From: Alphaproteobacteria bacterium
GTDB lineage: Bacteria; Pseudomonadota; Alphaproteobacteria; JABAAW01; JAHZMA01
Assembly (NCBI GenBank): GCA_965206365.1
Contig: CBDBJL010000004.1
Span: 141,144-205,143 of the forward strand
Length of the DNA stretch: 64,000 nucleotides
Reading direction: 5' to 3'
Part shown: one piece after another, positions 51,917 through 61,348 of the stretch
Numbering within the stretch: the stretch's first letter is position 1
How the letters are laid out: the number at the start of each line of letters is the position of its first letter
Made by a program: the position numbers and the translations under genes
Notes under the pieces: model-generated
The model's input: only the letters and a program-made list of their open reading frames with translations
The model's database searches: none
What the model was told of the DNA's origin: nothing

Positions 51917-52863
51917 CTTTCACCCAACTCGATGCGCAAGCCAGCCCATTGCATAAATTCATTTCGTGATTTTTGGTTGGCGGGACTCCACGCTTTTCGT
52001 AAAGCTGTTAATTGCACTTCTACCGTTTTCTGCTGATGCCCCAATTGGGCGTTTCGTAGCCGATTTGCTTCAAACCCTTCCGGGTCGGCAACACACATCT
52101 CGGCAATGTAGGGTTGCGAAAATTCTTTCGGGTCATCAACCATCAGCCGCACAATCTCGGCTTGTTTGGTATAATCGCCACAATAATTAGCAATTTTGCG
52201 CAACGCGCCATTGCTAAAGGGTGTTTTGGCTTTTTGCAAAGCTGCTTTAGTTTCCGCACCCAAATTATTATACATCGCGATGTCGCGGTTGATTGTAGAG
52301 GGGGAAAGCCCAGTTAATTGTTGAGTGGTTTTGCTAAATTCGGCAAACATATCTAGCGTTTCGGAGCGTTTACCCCCCGTATGTTGATTACCTCTATCTC
52401 CGCCATGTGGCTTTCCGTTAATTTCAACCCAAATTTCTTTGCGCTCAGTTAAAAACGTTGCCCGATCAAGCGCATTTAATTCATGCCGAATTAAATTGGC
52501 GTCGATCTCGGCAAGTTTGGCTTGTTCAGGGGTAAATTCAACAATCTCGGCTTTAATTTCGGTAAAATCCAATAATTTGCAGGCTGCTAGCCGATGCGCC
52601 CCATCAATTAAAATATATTCAGGATTATGATGCGGGGGGTTAAGGGGGGTTATCGCAAGGTGCTCTATACCCTCTTCGAGGGGCGGGGCTCCGTCTTCAG
52701 CACCGAGAAGCGATACCGCACCCCCCTTATTATAATGCACCAAAACAGGCTGTAACACGCCGTTTAGCTTAATATTTTCAGCCAAAATTTCCACATACGG
52801 TTGGCTAGTTTCGCGCAACCGCGGCGGAATTTCAATATTGACAATTTTTATGGAATCAGACAT
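51913..52863 (-). CDS. ParB-like nuclease-domain protein
   Basis: ParB/Srx motif ILIDGAHRLAAC; carries an in-frame palindromic element at 52648-52750. Confidence 0.65.
   Translation of the reverse strand: MSDSIKIVNIEIPPRLRETSQPYVEILAENIKLNGVLQPVLVHYNKGGAVSLLGAEDGAPPLEEGIEHLAITPLNPPHHNPEYILIDGAHRLAACKLLDFTEIKAEIVEFTPEQAKLAEIDANLIRHELNALDRATFLTERKEIWVEINGKPHGGDRGNQHTGGKRSETLDMFAEFSKTTQQLTGLSPSTINRDIAMYNNLGAETKAALQKAKTPFSNGALRKIANYCGDYTKQAEIVRLMVDDPKEFSQPYIAEMCVADPEGFEANRLRNAQLGHQQKTVEVQLTALRKAWSPANQKSRNEFMQWAGLRIELGER
52648..52750. repeat. G6/C6 palindromic element inserted in frame in the ParB-like gene
   Basis: atgatgcggggggttaaggggggttatcgcaagg...gagaagcgataccgcacccccctt; same family as 62606-62715 and 62945-63165. 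Confidence 0.65.
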
Positions 52864-52871
52864 ATTTATTC

Positions 52872-53297
52872 CTATGGACGATGAATCATTTCAACTTTTA
52901 GAACGCGTGGAGATGTTGCGCGATCTTGAGGATAAAGAGAAAAACAGATAGGGTTTTTAGTCGGCTCTTTTTTAATTTTTAATCTCTCTTGCCGTTCCTC
53001 AAAGCTTACCTCGTAAGGGGCATAAGGTTTATTTCCCATCACATTTCGCCTTTTTTCATTACGAATTTTGATTTTCAAGAAGGGGTAGCTACGGTAAAAG
53101 TAACAGTGAAATTGAAACTTTAAGCCAGATTGTTTTTTTAGTTTTTTCTGGGCTTGCCGCTCAGCCTCCAAATCCTCTAGGCTTGATTTGCAAGGGTTAC
53201 GCAGCATGGTTTCAGATATTTTTTTTCGCTCTTGCCGTTCTTCGAAGCTTACCTCATGTGGGGCGTAGGGTTTATTTTTCATTAGATTTCCTTTCAA
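52872..53297 (-). CDS. hypothetical protein with internal tandem duplication
   Basis: MKNKPYAPHEVSFEERQERKKI and MGNKPYAPYEVSFEERQERLKI repeated about 250 bp apart (DNA repeats at 52975-53040 and 53222-53285). Confidence 0.3.
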   Translation of the reverse strand: MKGNLMKNKPYAPHEVSFEERQERKKISETMLRNPCKSSLEDLEAERQAQKKLKKQSGLKFQFHCYFYRSYPFLKIKIRNEKRRNVMGNKPYAPYEVSFEERQERLKIKKEPTKNPICFSLYPQDRATSPRVLKVEMIHRP

Positions 53298-53487
53298 AAT
53301 ATTCGTTTAAAGCCTCAACCACCAAATCACCAAATGCGTCTTGCAAGGTTTTGCTATTTTCTAAATATTGAATTCGTCCCCAGCCGCGAATATTTAAAGC
53401 CAAATTACCATCAGCATCATAAATATAATTGCCAATTGCGCGATAAAATGGCGGTTTATATAGCGATAATGCGGGGTTTTTCATCAC
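53272..53487 (-). CDS. hypothetical protein
   Basis: 71-aa ORF in the early operon. Confidence 0.3.
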   Translation of the reverse strand: MMKNPALSLYKPPFYRAIGNYIYDADGNLALNIRGWGRIQYLENSKTLQDAFGDLVVEALNEYFERKSNEK

Positions 53488-53864
53488 ACATTCTCTTTTT
53501 TATTACGGGGGAGTGCGCTGGCACCCCCCACAAGTTTTTGGGTGTTACCTGCCAGCGCAGGTTTTCGGGGAAGAAAATTATCAGAATTTTGTATGGTGGC
53601 AGGGCTAGAGGGTACGGAAAAACCAACCCCGCCAGAAACTTTTGGACGCTCAATATCTTTTGGCCATGCTAAATTTTCGGGCCAATTATCCGAAAACCAT
53701 TGAATGATTTTGTTGTAAGAATTTAACGTGATTCCTCGACCTGCTTTTAACCGAATAAAAAAACTTCTATCATTCATGACAATCGCGGCAACACTAGTTT
53801 TACCTATATTGCGGTGCAAACAAAAGAGATTTGCTAAAGTTGTAATATTTTTTGAAGTAATCAT
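53484..53864 (-). CDS. first gene of the leftward early operon (hypothetical)
   Basis: 126 aa; divergent from the repressor gene across a 130-bp control region. Confidence 0.4.
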   Translation of the reverse strand: MITSKNITTLANLFCLHRNIGKTSVAAIVMNDRSFFIRLKAGRGITLNSYNKIIQWFSDNWPENLAWPKDIERPKVSGGVGFSVPSSPATIQNSDNFLPRKPALAGNTQKLVGGASALPRNKKENV

Positions 53865-53952
53865 TCTCTTAATTTATAGGAAAAATCATACGCAGTCAAT
53901 ATGAAATATCCTATATTTTAATTTTTACTTTGTCTTTTTGTAGGATTTACCC

Positions 53953-53985
53953 TATAATGCCAAAAACGCACAATGCGTTTTTGGC
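53953..53985 (+). promoter_or_regulatory. TATAAT -10 element followed directly by a 12-bp-arm perfect palindrome (candidate autoregulatory operator)
   Basis: tataat 53953-53958; gccaaaaacgca-caa-tgcgtttttggc 53959-53985; the ATG of the S24 repressor is at 53995. Confidence 0.5.
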
Positions 53986-53994
53986 AAGAATAAG

Positions 53995-54663
53995 ATGCTA
54001 AAGAATATTTCAGAATTTATTGAAAATAGAATTAAAATTAATGGAACTAATCCGAGAGCACTTTCGCTTGCGGCAGGATTAACGCATTGCGCGGTTCATG
54101 AATTGATAAGTGGCAAAACTAAATCTCCATCATTTAAAAATATGAATTTAATACTAGAAGCTCTTAATTGCCGGTTAGAAATTATCACCCCCGAAAATGA
54201 TAGCATTGCACTTTCTGCGCCGAAAAAACAGATAACACCTTCACGCAATGTTGAATTACGGGGTTTAACCCCCTGCGGCGGTGGCGAATGGTTTGAATTT
54301 GATCATGGTAGAATTCAAGCCAAATGCCCACCAGATTTAGAAGATCCAGATGCTTTTGCCGTTATCACCAAAGGCGAATCATTGCAACCTTTTGGCATTT
54401 GGCCAGGGTTTCTATGTTTTTGTTCGCCAAACACAAAGCCAAATCCTGGCGATATTTGCATGATTGAACGAATCGATGGCTTAACTACGTTAAAAAAATT
54501 TGCTTCCGATGATGGGCTGGTTCAAATTTTTGTGGAATATTCGAATTCAACAGAAAATTACGCAGGTATCACCCAAAAGCTTTTTGAACTAAAAATGGAT
54601 AAAAACATGATTCACCGCCTATCAGTAGTAATGCACATTATTACCCGCCCCGTTTTCAGATAA
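53995..54663 (+). CDS. CI/LexA-like repressor (HTH plus S24 peptidase)
   Basis: N-terminal HTH; S24 catalytic Ser in GESLQP and Lys in TLKKF. Confidence 0.8.
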   Translation: MLKNISEFIENRIKINGTNPRALSLAAGLTHCAVHELISGKTKSPSFKNMNLILEALNCRLEIITPENDSIALSAPKKQITPSRNVELRGLTPCGGGEWFEFDHGRIQAKCPPDLEDPDAFAVITKGESLQPFGIWPGFLCFCSPNTKPNPGDICMIERIDGLTTLKKFASDDGLVQIFVEYSNSTENYAGITQKLFELKMDKNMIHRLSVVMHIITRPVFR

Positions 54664-54756
54664 TGCACTATTTTTTAGGAATCATCTTTCTTGCTTTTAG
54701 GGCTAAAAACCACTATTATTTCAAAAAATTAATTACAATTATAAAGGGAAAAAACT

Positions 54757-54987
54757 ATGCGTATCTTACTAATCATCATATCATTTTTAACGTTAGCAAA
54801 TTTTGCTAATGCGGTAATGTCGTTACCGTTTTCTAATCCATCCAAATTTCTACCAAAAGATGCTTTTGTGTGTTATACACTGGAAAATGCAAAAATTATT
54901 TATGCTGCATCTTCTGGGGGAAAAGAAGATTTAGAAAAATTTGCCGCGCTGTATGTGTCCCCAGAAGATTTTGATTTTTTTGATTAA
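54757..54987 (+). CDS. small secreted protein (moron candidate)
   Basis: Signal peptide MRILLIIISFLTLANFANA. Confidence 0.4.
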   Translation: MRILLIIISFLTLANFANAVMSLPFSNPSKFLPKDAFVCYTLENAKIIYAASSGGKEDLEKFAALYVSPEDFDFFD

Positions 54988-55047
54988 GATGCACCTGCGG
55001 AGATCATTTCCGCAGGAAGGTGAGCATGGAACTTATAGAGATTCAAA

Positions 55048-55575
55048 TTAATCATCTATATCTATATCTTTAAGTTCGCGGGCAAAAATGGCAGCATCTA
55101 TGTCATCAATATAAATTTGGCAAGCGATTGCCATTTTATCAAAAGCTATTTTTTGGGCAACATCACTGGCGATATCAAAACAATTAATAAATATTAAATA
55201 AATATCATCATTTATAAATTGCAAATTTTTCATATTCAAATGCAATTTTTCTAGCATTCCATCCGCCGCCACCAAATCGCTATCCACCATAATTGCCACG
55301 CAATGTGGGTAATAATTATGATACACACAGCTTATCATCATGGCAACATTTGGGTCATCGCCCATATTATACGGTTCGCTAATGGCTACTTCGGATAATA
55401 TAGGAAAAAGCGAGTTATTTTTGCCCTGCACGTTTATCTTTTTTAGCTTTTCTAACCCCAGCAAGCTGTTTTCAATTTTTTGATAAATCAACCTAACAGG
55501 GCCAGATGGTGCGACTTCGCCCCCCTCCCACCGCCGCACGATGCGATCATCTTTTAAACCTAAAAAATCAGCCAT
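55048..55575 (-). CDS. hypothetical protein with N-terminal partial HTH-like segment
   Basis: ADFLGLKDDRIVRRWEGGEVAPSGPVRLIY resembles the recognition-helix half of an XRE HTH; acidic C-terminus. Confidence 0.45.
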   Translation of the reverse strand: MADFLGLKDDRIVRRWEGGEVAPSGPVRLIYQKIENSLLGLEKLKKINVQGKNNSLFPILSEVAISEPYNMGDDPNVAMMISCVYHNYYPHCVAIMVDSDLVAADGMLEKLHLNMKNLQFINDDIYLIFINCFDIASDVAQKIAFDKMAIACQIYIDDIDAAIFARELKDIDIDD

Positions 55576-55654
55576 TTCACGTTGGCTAAACCCTAATGTT
55601 TTGCGTATTTTTTGATAATTTATTTTATTTTTCCTATGGTATCGTTAAAAATAA

Positions 55655-55690
55655 TATCCACTAAAAATAAAGGGGGATGCTACTACCCCC
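55655..55690. terminator. GC hairpin flanked by T/A runs (bidirectional terminator-like)
   Basis: aaagggggatgctactacccccctttttt between the two minus-strand hub genes. Confidence 0.4.
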
Positions 55691-55710
55691 CTTTTTTCGG
55701 ATGATGTAAA

Positions 55711-56640
55711 TTATTCGCGCGCTTCTTCAATAGCTTCTTGCAATTCGGCGTGAATAACGCGCAAAACATGGTTATTTGCCATTAGCGTGTGGATTTCGTC
55801 AAAATCAACGTTTTCGTTGCCAACCTCGCTTTCTTGCACCTCAATCGTAAAAGCATCGGTAATTATTCCGCGTTCAGATAAATCAAAACTTTGATATTTG
55901 CGATGGCTGTTTTCAAGCACAAAATCAATCGGATCAATAATTTGATCTTCTTCTTCTAAATCTTCTTCAATATCTAAATAACCATTTTCTTTATCAATTT
56001 CTACGATAGAATCAAACATCTCACCTACTTTTTGATTAATGAAAAAAACATGATTTTCTTGCAAAAACTTTAATGTTGAACGGGTGATTGATTCGCAATC
56101 AGCTGTAATCAACAGGCGATGCACCCACATGGCATTACCATTGGGAAAGCTGTATATTTTACCATGTTCAAAATTACTTTTGCCAAAGCTATCTTCCGCC
56201 GCTTCGGCTGTGGGGCATTTTTCCCAATCATTGTGCAAAATAACGCTAGATATTTCTATATTTAACTTTTCTGCAATTTCAAGTTTTAAAGCCGAAGCAT
56301 CTTTTTTGGCGAAATCATTGCGCGAACCGTTATAAATTTTACCATCTAAAATGCCTTGTAAAATTTCATTAGCGTCAGCTTTTGATAGTTGCACGCCCAT
56401 TTCAATGGGGAAATCATCATTTTCTTGAAATAGCGAAACCACCTCATCCACAGCGATTGCTTTTTCAGCCAATAATTTGGCTATAAACCAAATTTGTTTA
56501 CCGGTTGCTGGGCAACCCTCGGCAATATCGGAATAATTATTCAAGATATCTTGAATTTGTTTTTGCTCGGTGATGATAATATTTTTTAGAATTTTCATTT
56601 TAAATTTCCTTTTTATGTTAAAAGTGGGCAATTTGCCCAT
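55711..56640 (-). CDS. hypothetical 309-aa protein (hub accessory gene)
   Basis: No recognised domain; acidic; second in-frame Met at 56598; palindrome tgggcaatttgccca (56625-56639) overlaps the 5' end. Confidence 0.45.
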   Translation of the reverse strand: MGKLPTFNIKRKFKMKILKNIIITEQKQIQDILNNYSDIAEGCPATGKQIWFIAKLLAEKAIAVDEVVSLFQENDDFPIEMGVQLSKADANEILQGILDGKIYNGSRNDFAKKDASALKLEIAEKLNIEISSVILHNDWEKCPTAEAAEDSFGKSNFEHGKIYSFPNGNAMWVHRLLITADCESITRSTLKFLQENHVFFINQKVGEMFDSIVEIDKENGYLDIEEDLEEEDQIIDPIDFVLENSHRKYQSFDLSERGIITDAFTIEVQESEVGNENVDFDEIHTLMANNHVLRVIHAELQEAIEEARE

Positions 56641-56673
56641 CAGGTTCAGCTAGATGCCTTGCTGATGATTTTA

Positions 56674-56696
56674 ATATAGGGCATTATGCCCTATAT
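56674..56696. promoter_or_regulatory. 11-bp-arm perfect palindrome containing the ATATAGGG motif (candidate operator)
   Basis: atatagggcat-t-atgccctatat; related TATAGG motifs at 53875-53881, 53908-53916 and 41272-41291. Confidence 0.45.
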
Positions 56697-56755
56697 TGTC
56701 AACAGTAAAATTCAATAAAAATATCTTTTTTCAAAAAAAAGTGCTTTTAGATGAT

Positions 56756-56784
56756 TTGACAAGCCCGCAAGCCATTGCTAGAAT
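56756..56784 (+). promoter_or_regulatory. sigma-70-type promoter TTGACA-17-TAGAAT for the Mor/C-like gene
   Basis: ttgaca 56756-56761, 17-nt spacer, tagaat 56779-56784; predicted start site at or near the ATG (short or no leader). Confidence 0.5.
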
Positions 56785-56790
56785 CAAAAG

Positions 56791-57156
56791 ATGATTCCCC
56801 TATACACAGAAATGGCTAATTTGCTTGGCGAAAATGATGCGCGCCAGATTATTCAACGGTTGGGCGGGAATCGCTTTTATGTGCCGTTTCCAAAAAATCT
56901 AACGCGCAATCATAAATTATCGCAAAAGCTAGGGTTTCACCGTGCCAAGCGATTTTGCAAAGCCTTTGCTGGCGATATTTTAGATATTCCCAAAGCCCCC
57001 GGCATTAGAGCATCGCAATTAGTGGCGGTGTTGGATCGTGCAGGTTACGATTCTGCTGAAATCGCGTGGTTGGCAGGCATGGATCGCAAACATATCTGCC
57101 AAATCTTAGCGATGCCTCAGCGCAAATTTTCAAGTGATTTTTCCCCTAAAATTTGA
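56791..57156 (+). CDS. Mor/C-family late transcription activator
   Basis: IIQRLGGNRFYVPFP matches the Mor-family GG..YIP core. Confidence 0.6.
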   Translation: MIPLYTEMANLLGENDARQIIQRLGGNRFYVPFPKNLTRNHKLSQKLGFHRAKRFCKAFAGDILDIPKAPGIRASQLVAVLDRAGYDSAEIAWLAGMDRKHICQILAMPQRKFSSDFSPKI

Positions 57157-57207
57157 TTCAGATTTTTACCCATAAAATAGCCTAAGACACCCTGTATAAT
57201 TTAAGGC

Positions 57208-57729
57208 ATGATTCCACATGCTGACATCCTTAAAAAGAACCTGCCGGATGGGCAGATTTGGCAGGTCGAAACCGACCCTCTGCTAAGCCATATTATTGCC
57301 AATTTAGGTAGTACATTAGATGCTGCACAAACGCGAATTAATCAGCTAAAATTTGAAATGTCGCCCCTTACAGCGAACGATCTTTTAGCTGATTGGGAAG
57401 CCGATGCTGGCATACCCGATTATTGCTTTCCGCTAGCAAAAACAGATGATGAGCGCGGGTTTGTTTTACGGCGCAAAATTTTAGAACGGCAACCCACCAC
57501 CAAGGCTGGCATTGGGGCTGAACTTGCTAAAATCGATATTGCGCTAAGTGATGCGCGTGGGCAATGCACGGTTACTTTGCCTGCCACAAATAAAATCTAT
57601 GCGCGTTGCGCACGATCGCGTTGCGGCAATGATCGGTTGTTACAATATTCGTCAGGTGAGCATGTAAAATGTTGGTTAAAGCGCATATTACCAGCGCATA
57701 TTTTCATAAAATTTAAGGCAAAAATCTAA
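57208..57729 (+). CDS. hypothetical late protein
   Basis: 173 aa; first gene after the activator. Confidence 0.4.
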   Translation: MIPHADILKKNLPDGQIWQVETDPLLSHIIANLGSTLDAAQTRINQLKFEMSPLTANDLLADWEADAGIPDYCFPLAKTDDERGFVLRRKILERQPTTKAGIGAELAKIDIALSDARGQCTVTLPATNKIYARCARSRCGNDRLLQYSSGEHVKCWLKRILPAHIFIKFKAKI

Positions 57730-58181
57730 TGTATTTATCTGACCATTTTAATGTGTCTGAAGCTGAAAAAAGCCAAACAGCCATTCGCCAGGGCATCGAT
57801 AATTCTGTGCCTAAAGCATTGTATGAAAATTTGAAATTGGTGGCGAATAATATTTTAGAACCCATTCGCGATGAATATGGCGAGCCATTCTCACCACAAA
57901 GCTGGCATCGCTGCCTTGAATTAAATAATTTTATTGGCGGAGCAGAAAATAGTTTCCACCTGTTAGGGCTTGCCGTGGATATTGAGCTGTTAGGCTGGGA
58001 TAATGCTGATTTTGCCAAATGGGCAAGCGAAAATCTGTATTACGATAAAATAATTTTAGAATATTACCAAAAAAACCAACCAAAATCTGGCTGGGTGCAT
58101 ATTCAATTAATGCCCAATCTTGATGATAATCGGATGAAATTTTTAACCTTTAACGGAATAAATTACGAGAGGATAATGTGA
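57729..58181 (+). CDS. peptidase M15-family endolysin
   Basis: SFHLLGLAVDIE metal-binding His/Asp pattern. Confidence 0.65.
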   Translation: MYLSDHFNVSEAEKSQTAIRQGIDNSVPKALYENLKLVANNILEPIRDEYGEPFSPQSWHRCLELNNFIGGAENSFHLLGLAVDIELLGWDNADFAKWASENLYYDKIILEYYQKNQPKSGWVHIQLMPNLDDNRMKFLTFNGINYERIM

Positions 58182-58300
58182 TGATGCATAATTTAATATG
58201 TAAAGGGGGGCATTATAAACAAGGGGGCGCGGAATGCCTAATCGGCATAGCCCCCTTGACCCCCGCTCCTGTCTCTTACAACAAGGCGGCGCACCCCCCT
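58180..58300. repeat. G/C-armed palindromic element (intergenic copy)
   Basis: gtgatgatgcat...aaaggggggcattataaacaagggggcgcggaatgcctaatcggcatagccccctt...ggcggcgcaccccccttat. Confidence 0.5.
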
Positions 58301-58330
58301 TATAAATATAATCATGAAAGGATTATTTAA

Positions 58331-58702
58331 ATGTTTGCAAAAACCATTGCCAAAACTGCAGGTGAAATTGCAGGCAAATATTTTGATAGCAAAAGCAAGG
58401 GGGCTCAGCTTGCTAGCGAGATTGAAAACGCTTTAATTACGGCGCAAAGCCAGGTGATTATTGCCGAGGCTAAGGGGGGTTGGTTGCAACGCAGCTGGCG
58501 ACCATTATTAATGCTAACGGCAATAATCATCATCTTTAATAATTACGTTATCTTGCCTTATGCGCGCGCATTTGGGCTAGATTTACCGTTGCTAGAATTA
58601 CCGGCTGGGCTGTGGGCTTTGCTGACCACAGGGGTTGGTGGTTACGTAGTGGGGCGCAGTGCCGAGAAAATGCTGCCAAATATTCGTGGTGGTAATGAAT
58701 AA
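58331..58702 (+). CDS. membrane protein, holin-like
   Basis: Two hydrophobic helices after an amphipathic N-terminus; follows the endolysin. Confidence 0.4.
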   Translation: MFAKTIAKTAGEIAGKYFDSKSKGAQLASEIENALITAQSQVIIAEAKGGWLQRSWRPLLMLTAIIIIFNNYVILPYARAFGLDLPLLELPAGLWALLTTGVGGYVVGRSAEKMLPNIRGGNE

Positions 58703-59025
58703 TGGATAATTTTTTAGATTTGCTTCGCTATTTGTGGGCACCCTTGATGGCGTTTTTTGGGTGGGCTTTTTGGTCGTTCAAAAAAGCCACAATTTCGCGC
58801 GATGAGGTAAATGAAATGATGCGCGGCATGACAGAGCGCGATCGCCGCATCGCAAAGCTTGAAGCACAAGTTGCCACAAAAGAAGATGTTGCCGAACTTC
58901 GCAACGAAATTCATCAAAATCAATTAAAAATCACCGCATCCGATGTGCGCCAAGATACGCAATTAACAAGTATCGTTCACGCGCTTGCGCGTGTAGAAAA
59001 TTATCTATTGGAAAAAACAAAATGA
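58702..59025 (+). CDS. N-terminal transmembrane plus coiled-coil protein (spanin/DUF2730-like)
   Basis: TM helix LWAPLMAFFGWAFWSF then coiled-coil; ATGA overlap with the upstream gene. Confidence 0.4.
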   Translation: MDNFLDLLRYLWAPLMAFFGWAFWSFKKATISRDEVNEMMRGMTERDRRIAKLEAQVATKEDVAELRNEIHQNQLKITASDVRQDTQLTSIVHALARVENYLLEKTK

Positions 59026-59315
59026 ATTATCATGATTTTATCACCGAAGATTTGCGATTATGTTTTTTAAAAATGTTACAGCTCGCCCCCACCCAAACGC
59101 TAAATAATCAGGTGATGGCAACGGCTTTATTCAGGATGGGCTTTAATTTGCCCACGCCCAAAATCCATTCGGTGGCAAGCTGGCTTGCCGATGCCGATTG
59201 CATTCGCATCGAAACTTTATCGCCCTTATTTATCTATCACCTTACCGCGCAAGGGGGTGATATTGCCGATGGCAAAAGCCATATGCCCGGCATTGCCAAA
59301 ATCGTAAATTTTTAA
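59022..59315 (+). CDS. hypothetical protein (Mu gp26-like position)
   Basis: 97 aa, translationally coupled to neighbours. Confidence 0.35.
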   Translation: MNYHDFITEDLRLCFLKMLQLAPTQTLNNQVMATALFRMGFNLPTPKIHSVASWLADADCIRIETLSPLFIYHLTAQGGDIADGKSHMPGIAKIVNF

Positions 59316-59324
59316 AGTAAAATA

Positions 59325-59849
59325 ATGCCGAAATCTAGCATCGAAAAATTACCTGAAGAGATCCGCCAAGCCGGATTTGCGCTGTTAAGCCAAGGCAAAT
59401 CAATTAATGAGATAACCGCGCATCTTAACAAATTAGGCAGTGAAATCGGCACTGAAATTAGCAGATCTGCGGTTGGGCGGTGGACAAAATCTGCCCGCAA
59501 ATTAACTGAGGATTTGCGCAGATCGCGCGATATGGCGATTGGCATTGCCAATCAATTAGGCGAACAATCGGCAAATGATGCCACAACGCGCTTAATTAGT
59601 GAACAATTGCAAGATATAATGATGTGCATTTTATCTGATGCCGATGGCAATATGCCAACCAAAGATATCGAACGAATTGCCAAAGCCCAGCACAATATTA
59701 ATCTTGCGCTACGCGGTTCGCAGCAATTAATTACCGAAATCGAGGCACGATTAAAGAAAAAACAAGCTGATGCTTTAACCAAAGCCGAGAAATCTGGCGA
59801 TATGCAAGCCGATGCCACTATAATGGCAATGCAGATATTGGGAATTTAA
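59325..59849 (+). CDS. Mu gp27-like small terminase subunit (DUF3486)
   Basis: LPEEIRQAGFALLSQGKSINEI...SRSAVGRW pattern. Confidence 0.55.
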   Translation: MPKSSIEKLPEEIRQAGFALLSQGKSINEITAHLNKLGSEIGTEISRSAVGRWTKSARKLTEDLRRSRDMAIGIANQLGEQSANDATTRLISEQLQDIMMCILSDADGNMPTKDIERIAKAQHNINLALRGSQQLITEIEARLKKKQADALTKAEKSGDMQADATIMAMQILGI

Positions 59850-59850
59850 A

Positions 59851-61206
59851 ATGCCATCACCATTAATAAAATTTTTACCCTATCAACAAAAATGGCTAGA
59901 TGATGATTCTCGCTTCAAGATTGGTATGTTTGCCCGGCAAACCGGCAAAACATTCACAAATTCAGCGGCAATTGTTAAGGATTGTTTGCAACAGGAAACT
60001 GATGGTAAAACCGCGCGATGGGTGATTTTATCACGCGGTGAACGCCAAGCAAAAGAGATGATGGATACCGGAATTAAACCGATGGTGAAGGCGTTTTACG
60101 AACTTAAAAATGCCCAAATGCCTAAAATTTTGGAAAATAATTATAAAACTGAAAATGCCAATTATCGGGCTTTAGAAGTCGAGTTGCCCGGTGGCAGTAA
60201 AATCACCGCCTTGCCAGCAAATCCTGATACCGCCCGCGGTTTTTCGGCAAATGTATTTTTAGATGAATTTGCATTTCATCAAAATTCGCTGGCAATTTGG
60301 CAAGCGTTGTTTCCGGTAATTCCAAAGCCGGGGTTAAAAATTCGTATTGCTTCCACACCAAATGGCAAGGCAAATAAATTTTATGAATTAATGACTTCTA
60401 AAGATGATGAATGGTCGCGGCATATTGTTGATATTTATCAGGCGGTAAATATGGGATTAGATCGTGATTTAACCACGCTTAAAAAAGCTATTGGCGATGA
60501 AGATGCATGGGCGCAAGAATTTGAACTTGAATGGATGGATGAGGCGCATAGCTGGATTTCATTCGATTTAATCATGAGTTGCGAAACCAACACAATGCCT
60601 GCCATTACGCAAAAGCCATCGATATTTATGGGCATAGATGTTGCCATTCGTAAAGATTTATGGGTATTGGTTATTTTAGAAAAGCAAGGCGATGTTTTAT
60701 ATATGCGCGATATTATTGCAAAAAAAGGCATTAAATTTGCCCAGCAAGAACATATTTTAGCAACTGCCGTACAACAATATAAACCCACACACATTGCTAT
60801 TGATCAAACCGGCATGGGCGAACAAATCACCGAGCGCGCCAAGCAAGCTTACGGCGAAACCCGCGTTGAGGGCGTTTTATTTTCGGCACCCAAAAAATTA
60901 GATATGGCAAGCCTGATGAAGCAAAAATTTCAGGATCGGCGCATTCGCATTCCGGCGGGTGATCAAAAATTACGCGCAGATTTACATGCAATTAAAATGC
61001 AGCCTTCAATATCTGGCGCGCCGCGATTAGTGGCAGATGGCAAAACCGATGGGCATGCTGATCGGTTTTGGGCTATAGCCTTGGCAATCTCGGCAGCCGA
61101 AACCGCGCCATTTAACCCATATGGCTATCAAGGGGTGCGTGGAGCGGCATCTGATATTACCGGCAATACAGAATCCGTATGGCAACAAATGCAAGGATTT
61201 TGGTGA
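59851..61206 (+). CDS. Mu-type terminase large subunit
   Basis: N-terminal ATPase ARQTGKTF, 451 aa; position in the Mu-like head-gene order. Confidence 0.75.
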   Translation: MPSPLIKFLPYQQKWLDDDSRFKIGMFARQTGKTFTNSAAIVKDCLQQETDGKTARWVILSRGERQAKEMMDTGIKPMVKAFYELKNAQMPKILENNYKTENANYRALEVELPGGSKITALPANPDTARGFSANVFLDEFAFHQNSLAIWQALFPVIPKPGLKIRIASTPNGKANKFYELMTSKDDEWSRHIVDIYQAVNMGLDRDLTTLKKAIGDEDAWAQEFELEWMDEAHSWISFDLIMSCETNTMPAITQKPSIFMGIDVAIRKDLWVLVILEKQGDVLYMRDIIAKKGIKFAQQEHILATAVQQYKPTHIAIDQTGMGEQITERAKQAYGETRVEGVLFSAPKKLDMASLMKQKFQDRRIRIPAGDQKLRADLHAIKMQPSISGAPRLVADGKTDGHADRFWAIALAISAAETAPFNPYGYQGVRGAASDITGNTESVWQQMQGFW

Positions 61207-61348
61207 TGATGGCATCATTATTAGCATATTTTGCAAAACGCATTTTAAGCGGTTCTGGTAGCGATGGGCTATTTCTAGTTAAAATGCCAGCTTGCTTAAA
61301 AATACCCCGTTTAATTTTTTGCCTTTACCCGTTTAATGAAGGGCATGT

